A stretch of DNA of 64,000 nt from an uncultured Verrucomicrobiae bacterium (GTDB lineage Bacteria > Verrucomicrobiota > Verrucomicrobiia > Chthoniobacterales > JAFAMB01): NCBI GenBank assembly GCA_963782115.1, contig CAWAIK010000001.1:352001-416000 (forward strand), read 5' to 3'. Both the position numbers and the translations under genes were made by a program. Under the pieces are notes generated by a model. That model ran no database searches. It saw nothing but the letters and a program-made list of their open reading frames with translations, and was not told the origin of the DNA. Positions 1-9,188 of the stretch are shown one piece after another; the first letter of the stretch is position 1, and every line of letters begins with the position of its first letter.

Positions 1-319
1 AGCAAGTAATCTTGGCGCGTGGGTCATTTATGCAGCTACCCCCGCCATCCTCACCTCAGGTTGAATCGGCAGAAAATCTGCCGATTTTGAAGCCCACAGG
101 CCTCCGACGGATGCACCTTTAGCAACCTCGGGCGTTCGATCGTTCGATCTTGCCGCCGAAGTTTCCCACCTGGCGGACACCTGGAAGGGGCGGTATTATT
201 GGCATCAGCGCAAGCGATAAAACCGAGCGGGCGTCCGACGCCTCCGCGCGGCCCCAGCTCGCAGCAGCAAAAATTCAGGAAGCGTCCGGTACAATTTATT
301 ATCGCTCTTTACGAGTCCT

Positions 320-616
320 ATGAAAGCCTACTATTTCACCCTTCAGGTTCCAAACGTTGACGCGGCTCTCGCTAAGGGAAAGGCCGAGATCGAAGCCCAC
401 AAAGGCACGTTAATCGGTAACGAGGTTTCAGGAAAATTTAGCATCCCGGCTCCTTTGTTTTCTCATATCGTCGGTTCGTACGGCGTTCAAGGTAATATAA
501 TCACCGTCAATATTACCAACTCGCCGGATTTGGCGCGCGGCGACAATTTAAACCGTATGTTGCTCAGACCAACCTGCATACGGCTTTCCGATTCCCTTCC
601 TAGTGAAACGGTTTAG
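320..616 (+). CDS. Hypothetical protein, possibly with an altered C-terminus
   Basis: 98-aa ATG ORF with protein-like composition; no recognised motif. Confidence 0.5.
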   Translation: MKAYYFTLQVPNVDAALAKGKAEIEAHKGTLIGNEVSGKFSIPAPLFSHIVGSYGVQGNIITVNITNSPDLARGDNLNRMLLRPTCIRLSDSLPSETV

Positions 617-628
617 GAAGCCATTAGG

Positions 629-1065
629 TCACTCTCCCTTTCGCTTTGAGTCGTCTTTTTTCTCTGCCGGTTTGGGTTTTTCCGTTTTTGACTTCTCTTC
701 CTGTTTAGGTTTCTCAGTTTTGGCCTTTTCTTCAGCTTTAGGCTTCTGAGCTTAAATTCTTGGCTGTTGCTCCTTAGGTTTCTCCACCTTCGTCTCAGGC
801 TGTTCAGCTTTTGGCCGTTCTACCTCGCTTTTATTAACGGAACCCTCGCCTTCGCCTTTACCAGGGCGGTGATTACGATCTGCTCCCCCTTCATGACGCC
901 CGTGCCAATAGCTGTACGGATGCCCTTGATAATCGCTTGAAATTCAGGTCCATTCCAAACCCAACACTGATATTCGTCATTCCAAACCCAATACGAATCA
1001 TCCGTCGCGGAATTCTTGCCCAGATCATAAAACCCGCTTGATGAGTTACTTACTAAGGAATTCAT
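629..1065 (-). pseudogene. Frameshifted hypothetical with WVWN repeats and a K/E/P-rich low-complexity tail
   Basis: ORF 820-1065 (WVWNDEYQCWVWNGPEFQ) continues after a 1-nt shift at ~936 as DYQGHPYSYWHGRHEGG...EKPKQEEKSKTEKPKPAEKKDD to TGA at 629-631; in-frame TAA at 752-754. Confidence 0.55.
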
Positions 1066-1348
1066 CTTCCTTGGGTCTGGATTTCCCAGATCAGCCCCCT
1101 TAAAATCTCCCGCTCTCCAAGCAAATGACCAATGACCGATTGGTAAGCCCTACTTCCATAATTACCAAAATTAGCCTCCAGTTCTAGCTTCCTCAGTCGT
1201 ATTGAGAACTGTGGACTGTGAAAACCGTCGCAAAAAAGCTAAATCAGAGCCAAAGGAATAACCTTACCGGGTGGGATGAGTCCGACTTTTATCTGAATGA
1301 TTTTGATTTAAATACCTCTGGTCCGATCTTGAATGTATAAAAAAATTT

Positions 1349-1795
1349 ATGAGAGCCCAACGACTTCAATATCTGTTCTTTGCAGTGATCTGTTGTTGGC
1401 TTGAAGCGACCGCAGTTCATGCAATCGAGGTTTCATCCCCCATCGGACTCTGGAAGGGTGATGAGGCTACCTTTGAGATGTTCGAAAGCGCTGGCAAACT
1501 CAGTGCCAAGATCGTGGCTTTGAGCGAACCGAAGACCAGCGAAGGGAAAGACAAAACCGACGTCCACAATCCAGATCCAACGAAACGCAAACATCCAATC
1601 ATCGGGCTGCTCTTTATTTCTGGCTTTGCGAAGAAAAGCGACACGCGCTGGGATAACGGCACGATTTATGATCCGCACGATGGAAAAAGCTATTCCTGTT
1701 CAATGGATCTGCAGGGATCAAACAAGATCAGGGTCCGTGGATTTATCGGTGTCGATCTACTTGGACGAAATTACATTTGGAGCCGGGTGAACTAG
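1349..1795 (+). CDS. DUF2147 family secreted protein
   Basis: Signal peptide; SPIGLW, DVHNPDP, W.NGTIYDP.DGKSY, VRGFIG...GRNYIWSR motifs. Confidence 0.85.
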   Translation: MRAQRLQYLFFAVICCWLEATAVHAIEVSSPIGLWKGDEATFEMFESAGKLSAKIVALSEPKTSEGKDKTDVHNPDPTKRKHPIIGLLFISGFAKKSDTRWDNGTIYDPHDGKSYSCSMDLQGSNKIRVRGFIGVDLLGRNYIWSRVN

Positions 1796-2001
1796 GGCAT
1801 CCATTAGCGAATGAAGGTACAATCGTTGCGGGCAGAAACGCGGTGACGGACGGCCTGTTTGTAGAAGCCAAGGAAGGAATTGCGGGCTTCTTTATCATTC
1901 GAGCGTACAGTCTTGAACAAGCGGTGGAGATAGCCAAAGGCTGCCCCGGTCTCGACTGCGGTCAAACTGTTGAAGTAAGGGCCGATTTTTTTGAACGATA
2001 A
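1790..2001 (+). pseudogene. YciI/YCII-family C-terminal fragment
   Basis: VTDGLFVEAKEGIAGFFII..SLEQAVEIAKGCP..VEVR; N-terminus absent. Confidence 0.7.
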
Positions 2002-2393
2002 AATCCTGGACTGGCGGCAGAACCTTCCAAAGCTGGGTTAAAGTCGATTGCAGCAATCCGCAATCCTATGATCGCAAAATCGCCAAGAAGATGCTACAGC
2101 AAAGCCCCGATGGATAGACCATTGTTTCTATTTAAGCCAGGATGTCTTGAGGGTATATCGAAGCGCCAAATATTATGAAATTTCCAGACTTCTCTCTGTT
2201 CAGTGCTAACACTTGTTGCGAAACTCCCGAACCCTGGTCGATTTGCGACAAATCCAAACATCATTTGATCTCAAAGTGCATACTGTTGATTCCCCTCCGG
2301 TCACCGGGCGACCAGCTTCAAATCGCGGTGTTTCCGTTCATGTGCGAATAAGTCACCCGATTTGCTAGATTTGCATATTCTTAATAAGCAAAG

Positions 2394-2565
2394 TATGACC
2401 CTCAAAGAGATCCTTGCAGATCCAAGCATATCCTCCTGGCTTAAAGATGCCATCAAAACGGCGTATGAGCAGGACTCCCTTGACGCGCTGCGCGATGCTC
2501 GCCGGTTGCTCAAAATGCTTGGCGAACGGTACACACAAGTAGTTAACCGAAGTCTTTCGCAGTGA
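2394..2565 (+). CDS. Small hypothetical protein
   Basis: MTLKEILADPSISSWLKDAI...DALRDA; short ORF with ATG and protein-like pattern. Confidence 0.45.
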
Positions 2566-2842
2566 CGTTTTTGCATTGACGCTGGAGTCTGTTCGGTCTC
2601 TCTGCGAGCACTGCAAGATCTGCTCGACGACGCTTCCAAGGAACTTAAAAAGGCCAAAGAAGACGATTTCCCGAAACATGTCGCCATCATATCAGATTGT
2701 GCCCCCGACGCCAAACACCAACCAGAGTGGAAATGGGCCGATACGATCAAGTTCCACCGCCCTACGCTTTTATTCTGGCGCATCACTACCGGAATCGGGA
2801 TCGATCAGGTTCGGCGCGCCTCCGACACCGTGGACCTAAAAA

Positions 2843-2924
2843 ATTCAGAGATTCCGCGGAACAATGGGGTGACAGCTCAGATCTGAGTCAGTCGGGATTC
2901 CGGACCAGGATCTGCGAGGAACGT
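2843..2924 (+). repeat. ~82-bp dispersed repeat, copy 1 (internal CTCAGATCTGAG palindrome)
   Basis: ATTCAGAGATTCCGCGGAACAATGGGGTGA...GGATCTGCGAGGAACGT aligns with 3408-3490. Confidence 0.8.
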
Positions 2925-3160
2925 GCTCCCGGGGAGTTCGCGCGGTGAAATTTCGAAATTTGTCCCAGGGGATCATGAACTAGCTCCAGGAAATGAATCG
3001 ATGTCGATATCCCACTAATCGGGGCATTGCTCAAGGTCCGATGTCAGACCGTCTTTATCGGCACCCCTCGCTTAATTCAAAGTTGGCACAGGGCTGACGA
3101 TCAGCGGAGATTTTCGAGTGAAAAGGGCTGACGAAAATGCGCGTAAACTGTGATCAGCCT

Positions 3161-3307
3161 TTACCGGATATCTCCTTCTCCGGGAGTTCTAGGTCGGTTT
3201 GAAGCAGGTGGAGCAGGCGGTGGTACCGGATGATCAGCGCAAGAACAAAGCAAGGCGGATGAGCTCACTAGAAAAATCGCTGCACAGAAAGCTAGAGCTT
3301 TTTTCAT
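3161..3307 (-). CDS. Small proline-rich putative lipoprotein
   Basis: MKKALAFCAAIFLVSSSALLCSC lipobox-like signal, then PVPPPAPP. Confidence 0.45.
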   Translation of the reverse strand: MKKALAFCAAIFLVSSSALLCSCADHPVPPPAPPASNRPRTPGEGDIR

Positions 3308-3407
3308 GCGTGCCATTCGTTGTAAAAGTTTCTTCTGGATCTGCAAAGGCGGTTTCGATCCTCGGCCCGACCATTCTTGAGCGTGTATCCCGCAGATTCT
3401 CTTAAGG

Positions 3408-3490
3408 ATTCAGACATTCCGCCGAACAATGGGGTGATGGCTCAATATCTGAGTCAATCGGGATCTCGTGCCGGGATCTGCGAGGAACGT
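3408..3490 (+). repeat. ~82-bp dispersed repeat, copy 2
   Basis: ATTCAGACATTCCGCCGAACAATGGGGTGA...GGATCTGCGAGGAACGT. Confidence 0.8.
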
Positions 3491-4035
3491 CATAAGATTG
3501 ACGACGTGAACGTCTTGGGACGCTGGATTAAATGGGGCCGGTTGGCTATATGTCAGTCGGCCGCCGTTCAGCAAGCAAATCCACGAGCTGAAACGCGGAC
3601 AGGCATAGGTTTATTCGAGAGAACGGCGCAAAGGAGTGACCCAAAACGAAAACCGCTTCCGGATCCGGTAGCTGTCAATCGAGCCCAGATTTCTAATGCC
3701 AGGTCAGAGGGCTTCCAGGTTCGTTCCAGAGTCCACCAATGCTTCAATCGCTCAATTGGTCTTGAGTCTTCGGTCAAAACAACAATGTCGAGTTCTTTAA
3801 TCATGTTGGGACGGTGATTTCGCGAGAAAATCCGGCGGCGGTTCAGTCCGGGGCGGGGGAGCCGTTACCGTAGGAGTGACCGGGCGGATAGATTGAGAAA
3901 TAGCGTAGACCCTCTTTCTTGGTGACTAAGGCAAAATAATCGTTATAGGTTTCACAAGAGTTTTGATGACCTATCATTTGAGCCGTTTTTCCGCAGTCTC
4001 CGAAAGCGGCCAAGTGGTACGCGTCAAAGGGAAAA

Positions 4036-4120
4036 GCCGATGTGGCGGAATGGCAGACGCAACGGACTTAAAATCCGTTGACCCGAAAGGGTCGTGCGGG
4101 TTCGAGTCCCGCCATCGGCA
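4036..4120 (+). tRNA. tRNA-Leu (anticodon TAA)
   Basis: Acceptor stem GCCGATG/CATCGGC, D-loop TGGCAGAC, anticodon arm ACGGA-CTTAAAA-TCCGT, long variable arm GACCCGAAAGGGTC, GGTTCGAGTCC T-arm; CCA not encoded. Confidence 0.97.
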
Positions 4121-4773
4121 TACCTCATATGTTCCTAAAAATCAAGAGGTTGTATCCTCAAATCCCATGCTTCTTGACGATTTAGGCCCCTCGCAATGTG
4201 CGGCAGTTAGCAAGGCATTGACAATCTATTGACGCTCTGCGAGGGTCGATGTTGTGGGACTCCGGTATCTGGAAGAGCTTGGACATCTGACGATTGCGCA
4301 AATACATAGTCTGAAGGTCCGGCCCTATCCCTTCTCGAAGACCAGCCCCTGGTGTATCACGGGACTCCGAAACAAGCATAATTACGAGTGTGTTATGCAG
4401 CCCCCTCGCTATCGGGGATGTCTATCATGATTAGCACCCGTTGCAGCTCTTCAAGGCCAAGCTGGGTCTGATATCCAAGGCCGACACATCCTTCCAGATT
4501 CAGCACTTCCCGTTCTCCTTTGAACTCCCCGTCCGCCATCCTTGTCGAGGCCGATTTACCCGCTACATAGCTCAGCTCGCTCTTCTTCCCCTCACCCTGG
4601 ATCGCGTTAACCCTGATCCGTACGTCCCCACTTGATCATAATCCCGGTCATTTCGACTCCATTACCCACGTCGTTCGTCTTGGCTCACCCTTCACCTTCA
4701 CTTCGACACTTTTTTAGCTACCTTTTTTTATCAGGCGTCTCCCCTATCGCTTCGTGCTAGGCGAGCCGCGGAA

Positions 4774-4863
4774 TGGAAATAACTGGAAAGATTCCGGGCT
4801 TTTTGTTTCCAATCCTTTCCATCTATTTCCAGTGTGCCCTGGATGATTGGAAATAAATGGAAA
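4774..4863. repeat. Array of TGGAAA/TTTCCA hexamers phased at 10 bp
   Basis: TGGAAA at 4774, 4784, 4848, 4858; TTTCCA at 4806, 4816, 4826. Confidence 0.8.
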
Positions 4864-4933
4864 CTTTAGACCGGATCTGGTTTGCGTAACCACTGAGAAT
4901 AGCGGCACTTAGCAACGCTGGTTTTGCGGTTGC

Positions 4934-5518
4934 TCAAAGTATTTTCTCAAGCCAGGTGATCAGCCCGGCAAAAACCGGATAACTGACCATACCCATTAGG
5001 TAGACCCCGATGATCGCCACCAGCAGCCACCTCCCGCTAATGGAGATGATCGATTCAGCGGCGGCCCGGATTGCATTGGTTTCGTCGCTGATCCGCGCGA
5101 GGAACTTTTCGCGGGCCGCGGCCTCGCTTTCCCGCATCTTGCTAACCAATACTCGCAACTCACGTTGGAATTCGGCAAGGCAAACGACCTGGTCGTGGAT
5201 GTCCGCAGCGTCTTTCGTGATTGTGCTTGCGGAGTTATTCAGAAGTGATCGGCTAGAAACGATCACCTCGGTTATGTGCTCTAACTCCATCGCGAGAGCT
5301 TTTCTGAGCTGCTCAGGAGCGCATTTCAGGATGCGCGCATGAGCCTGGAGCAGAACAGTGAACTGAACGCTAAAACCGCCTGGGTCGCCCTGCGCAAACG
5401 TGTAGAAGGCTTCATGGACTGCCTTGCGCTCAGCATCGGTAACGCACCCCTTCAGAAGGATTCCCAACTCGGGCTTCTCCGGCAGTTGGTTGGACTCGAG
5501 CAACATCCGGTCGATCAT
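4934..5518 (-). CDS. Hypothetical coiled-coil protein with C-terminal TM helix (TraM-like position)
   Basis: 194-aa ORF overlapping the ATPase stop; C-terminal hydrophobic helix WLLVAIIGVYLMG. Confidence 0.7.
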   Translation of the reverse strand: MIDRMLLESNQLPEKPELGILLKGCVTDAERKAVHEAFYTFAQGDPGGFSVQFTVLLQAHARILKCAPEQLRKALAMELEHITEVIVSSRSLLNNSASTITKDAADIHDQVVCLAEFQRELRVLVSKMRESEAAAREKFLARISDETNAIRAAAESIISISGRWLLVAIIGVYLMGMVSYPVFAGLITWLEKIL

Positions 5519-6354
5519 ACGGTGAGTAGGAATGGATCGCTCAGCGGGTCTTGTGTTTCTGTTCGGGGTCCGACAAGCCGAGACACCTTGTTTTTAACGA
5601 GGTTGATATCCGGGAGAACTTGACTGGCATAATCTTCAAACTGAACGAGAAACCGATCCCGCAAGAATCCAAGCTCATACCGGCTAAGCTCATGCAATTC
5701 TTTCTGTTGGCATGCTTCCGCCAGGGGCAGGTAACGCTTGAGTTTGCGCTCCAAGGCTTCCCAAGCGTTCATGGTAAGGGCAGTTATTGCCGGTATTCGT
5801 AGGGTCGGCGTCGAACGCTGTGCCAACCAGGCGCTCAGTGCCGTCCTCTTGAATTCATCACTTTTGAATTTAGCCGGATTCTCGACCAGCAAATAGTCAA
5901 CGTCGTCGCCAAAAAAGCGGACCGTCTTGGCGGCCGATTCTTTCGCTGTTGGATCGTCGGCGGCAAACACGAGCAACGTTGGCCGAATGCCTGATTGTTC
6001 GAAGAATTCGACGAGCTTAAAATGCCTCGCCGCGGACAACAGAAAGTCTGTCGCCTGTGCAGGGAAATCTACAATGATTAGCGGGAAGGCTGGTAATTCA
6101 TTAAGCATCCGCGCGAAGCCATCGAAAGTCTTTGTCGCGTCGAATATCGCCGAATCTTCCGGATACCTGCGGGAGAGAGTTTGATGCTGGCTGTCTGCGT
6201 CGACCGCAGCGAAGTCAATGCCTGCGTAACGCATCCAGGTTATTAGACCCTCGGCAACGGTCGATTTTCCGACTCTACCCGTGCTTTGGGTACATGTGAT
6301 GAAGCGGCGCGAAATTGCACCAGCCTTATTGATTGATTCTTCTTGTTTGCTCAT
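5515..6354 (-). CDS. ParA/MinD-like P-loop NTPase (TraL/StbB-like)
   Basis: Deviant Walker A STGRVGKST, DAD motif, Walker B IIVDFPA. Confidence 0.8.
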   Translation of the reverse strand: MSKQEESINKAGAISRRFITCTQSTGRVGKSTVAEGLITWMRYAGIDFAAVDADSQHQTLSRRYPEDSAIFDATKTFDGFARMLNELPAFPLIIVDFPAQATDFLLSAARHFKLVEFFEQSGIRPTLLVFAADDPTAKESAAKTVRFFGDDVDYLLVENPAKFKSDEFKRTALSAWLAQRSTPTLRIPAITALTMNAWEALERKLKRYLPLAEACQQKELHELSRYELGFLRDRFLVQFEDYASQVLPDINLVKNKVSRLVGPRTETQDPLSDPFLLTV

Positions 6355-6799
6355 ACTTCTTCTTGAGATTTGCGAATGGATCGTTGACCGAATTTTCGAC
6401 TAACAAAGGATCCTCGTTTGCTTCCGGGTTACGCTGAAGGCCTGCTAATGGTGACATAAACGTTGCCAACCGATCCGATGTATTAGCATCTGGCTTTGAT
6501 CGAACGACAGTGCTTATGGTAGCATCGGTGAATCCAATCGGTACACGGCCGATGGCGGCTCGCTTGAAAAATTTGAAAACCGTTGCCGCGGTGGTTTCCA
6601 CCCCGTGGGATTCTTTAAGGTGTAAAGCGATCGCCGCCCATGTTTGGCGCTTCCTGCGAAGCTTTCGGATTGTCTCCAGATGCGTCCATAGTAGGCTCTG
6701 ATAGGGCTTCGGGTGAGTCCGCGGTATTCGCTTTGCGGGCGCTCTGCGCTCGCAAATGCGTGCCTCATTGGGCGACTGTGTCTGGTTAGGAAACGCCAC
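6326..6799 (-). CDS. Putative DNA-binding protein (TraK/StbA-like)
   Basis: KPYQSLL..HLETIRKLRRKRQTWAAIA.HL...GV HTH-like segment; overlaps the ATPase start. Confidence 0.6.
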   Translation of the reverse strand: MAFPNQTQSPNEARICERRAPAKRIPRTHPKPYQSLLWTHLETIRKLRRKRQTWAAIALHLKESHGVETTAATVFKFFKRAAIGRVPIGFTDATISTVVRSKPDANTSDRLATFMSPLAGLQRNPEANEDPLLVENSVNDPFANLKKKYEQTRRINQ

Positions 6800-6805
6800 C
6801 GGGAA

Positions 6806-7030
6806 CTAGGGTTTGTTATTCACAGGCGTGGTTGCGCTGGCATCGAGCCATTGTTGCAGATCCGATGGAAGAATACGAATCAACCTCGCCGAGAGCCGGC
6901 GAGCTCGAAGTCGGCCGGCGGCAATCTCATTTCTAACGAAGCGAGGTGTAGCATCTAGATACTCTGCCAGCTGGTCTACTGTGCATGGTTTGGAAACGAC
7001 TGGATCGGTAAGAGGTGAAATAGTTCTCAT
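6806..7030 (-). CDS. Excisionase-type helix-turn-helix protein
   Basis: TVDQLAEYLDATPRFVRNEIAAGRL.A.RL..RLIRI...DLQQWL (HTH_17 pattern); ATG at 7030. Confidence 0.85.
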   Translation of the reverse strand: MRTISPLTDPVVSKPCTVDQLAEYLDATPRFVRNEIAAGRLRARRLSARLIRILPSDLQQWLDASATTPVNNKP

Positions 7031-7370
7031 AGGAAAATTTTGGGGCTTACTATACCAGGTCGCGTTTGACTGCTTTTTTGACCGAAAACCGCAACCGTTA
7101 TGTTCTCTTGTGGACCGCTCTGAACCGTCCTGAGTATTTATTTCCTGGAGGTTTTTGGACCATTTTTGCCCGATTGATGCAGAAAGCGTGTCAAGTGGAA
7201 TTTTCAATTGCCGAGTGATTGCATGATGAACAGGAAGCACTCGATTCGAGGGTTAGGTGAGTTGACGCGCTTGCAGGGAACTGACTGGAACCGATAGCCA
7301 GTAATAGGCCTGCCCTTGTCGTTTCCCAAATTGGCTTGCACAAAAAGGAATAGTATGACATTTTGTGCGT

Positions 7371-7688
7371 GTGCGGATCGTGACTGCTGGCAGGATCAAG
7401 GAATGGTCCAAAGTGCATCCCGAAATTACTGCTCAGCTTTTGCGCTGGTTGGCCGTGATGGAACATTTGACCGATTGCCGCTCGTTTAATGACTTGCGTG
7501 AAGTATTTAATAGCGTGGATCGAGTAATCACCAAAAGGGCGAACGCTGTTTGCGTTTTTAATCTTGGCCACGGGAAGAGCGCTTATCGCTTGATTGCGGC
7601 AATTCATTTCAACACGCAGACCGTCTTTGTCCTACGGTTGCTGACTCATGCAGAATACGACAAGCAAGAATGGAAAAGCGAATTATGA
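7371..7688 (+). CDS. higB: Type II TA toxin, HigB family
   Basis: VFNSVD..VFNLG...YRLIAAIHF..Q.VFVLRLLTHAEYDK.EWK. Confidence 0.9.
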   Translation: MRIVTAGRIKEWSKVHPEITAQLLRWLAVMEHLTDCRSFNDLREVFNSVDRVITKRANAVCVFNLGHGKSAYRLIAAIHFNTQTVFVLRLLTHAEYDKQEWKSEL

Positions 7689-8116
7689 AGACGTCCGAAA
7701 CTAAGTTGCCTGAGACGGCACCCGAAAGCTTCGAGCAACTGTGCGGTATCTTATTGCCTCGACCGGTTCATGATGAAGCTGAGAACAGGGAGATGATCCG
7801 CGTGATGGATTGGATCGCTGTCCGGGCTCATAACCAGGATCAGTTCGATTATGCAAAGATGCTTGGGAGCTTGGTAACCGAATACGAGGTTTCCCAGAAG
7901 CGGAGAACGAAACCGCAGTTAGCCGGCCTTGAACTGCTTAAGGCCGTTACCGAATCCAGCGGCATGACTCAAGCCGAGCTCGCCAAAGTCCTGGATATCG
8001 AGCAAGGGACAGTGTCCAAAATCATGTCTGGCGCGCGCTCGATCACCCTGGATCATGCCAAGCGTCTAGCGCGCCGTTTCAAGATGCGGCCGGAGGCGTT
8101 CTTGGATCTCGATTGA
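7685..8116 (+). CDS. higA: Type II TA antitoxin HigA (Xre HTH)
   Basis: ATGA overlap with higB; PRPVHD, LV.EYE, MTQAELA..L...QGTVSKIMSG.RSIT HTH. Confidence 0.9.
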   Translation: MKTSETKLPETAPESFEQLCGILLPRPVHDEAENREMIRVMDWIAVRAHNQDQFDYAKMLGSLVTEYEVSQKRRTKPQLAGLELLKAVTESSGMTQAELAKVLDIEQGTVSKIMSGARSITLDHAKRLARRFKMRPEAFLDLD

Positions 8117-8182
8117 TTGACAAGCTCTTTTTTTGATCACCCGTGTAAACGTTCGAATAACTCGCTCGTACGGGTTTAGCCT

Positions 8183-8450
8183 ATGAATGAACGAATCGTC
8201 CGCCGCGAATATCTGTCACGGCAAGCCAGTGATTGGCGGAACGGGAATGCCGGGTGGCTCGGGTAATGGGAAGCCTCACGGGCGGAATGAGCTTCGAGGA
8301 AGTTCAGCGCGAATATTATCTGGGCATCGAGGATGTTCTTGAAGAAACCGAGAGGAGGTCGAGTCCGGTGAGGCTACTTTCTCGGATTGGGAAAAAGCCA
8401 AAATCTCAGTCCGTGATAGGCTCAAATGAGGATTGAGATCCTTTCCGATT
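8183..8450 (+). pseudogene. Chimera of TA fragments: DUF433 N-terminus, addiction-module antitoxin C-terminus, start of a ParE-like toxin
   Basis: MNERI..ICHGKPVIGGT...GMSFEEVQREY; then DVLEETERR(V)ESGEATFSDWEKAKISVRDRLK*; then overlapping MRIEILSD. Confidence 0.6.
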
Positions 8451-8605
8451 TTATCGGTTTGAAAAGGGTGCTCAAAAAGGGAGAGGTCAAATGTCCCCCT
8501 CCGGGGGAATTTTTTCCGCTGTGGTTGCTGATTTCAGAGACGAAAAAAGTTAGCGGCGATCGCAAAGTCAAGACGCCCCCGCTTCATGCTTTACTGCAAG
8601 ACTTA

Positions 8606-8633
8606 GTGTGTGATAACGTCCTTTATCACACAT
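8606..8633. other. Tyrosine-recombinase-type core site (11-6-11 palindrome)
   Basis: GTGTGTGATAA-CGTCCT-TTATCACACAT; ATAA-N6-TTAT architecture as in dif/att sites. Confidence 0.55.
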
Positions 8634-8778
8634 CAGCCTCGGCACTCTTATGGCGGCACAACTAGTCTAGTAGAGGCCTACCGTGGATCCGAGCTTTCAT
8701 TTTTCGAAGTTGCGGGCTGCCCGGGCGCGACGCCGCGCATCCCACAAACCAATTGATGGAAGGCGGACGGGTTGTCGA

Positions 8779-8866
8779 TTGCAGTTAAATCGTAGACCAG
8801 AAATGGGCTCCTCTCCCTCGGAGTCTACGATTTAATTGCAAAACAAATTGTAGGTAAATCGTAGAC
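8779..8866. repeat. Three IS-end-like copies of TTGYAGKTAAATCGTAGAC in alternating orientation
   Basis: 8779-8797 (+), 8823-8841 (-), 8848-8866 (+). Confidence 0.7.
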
Positions 8867-9188
8867 CATTTGGACCCCTCGATCGAGCCTTCTTTGCCGC
8901 GACCATCGCTTTGATGAATCCAAGGACATAACCCCGTCATGCTGGCCAGTTCCTTGGCAAAATTGCTTCCAAATGCCGGTTTCGATGGTTCAATTTGGCC
9001 AGAAATGCCGATTCTTGCTCTTATGGAATGCCGGCTGTAACAGACTCCAGAAGCATCTCAGTTGAACAAGTGAATCCAAATGGGCATGCACTTTCCTACA
9101 GCCCTTTGATGACAAATCCCATTGAACATATAATATGAATGTTTGTTCACTTCAGGTCATGACAACCCCACACTAAGAGCAGAGAAAG

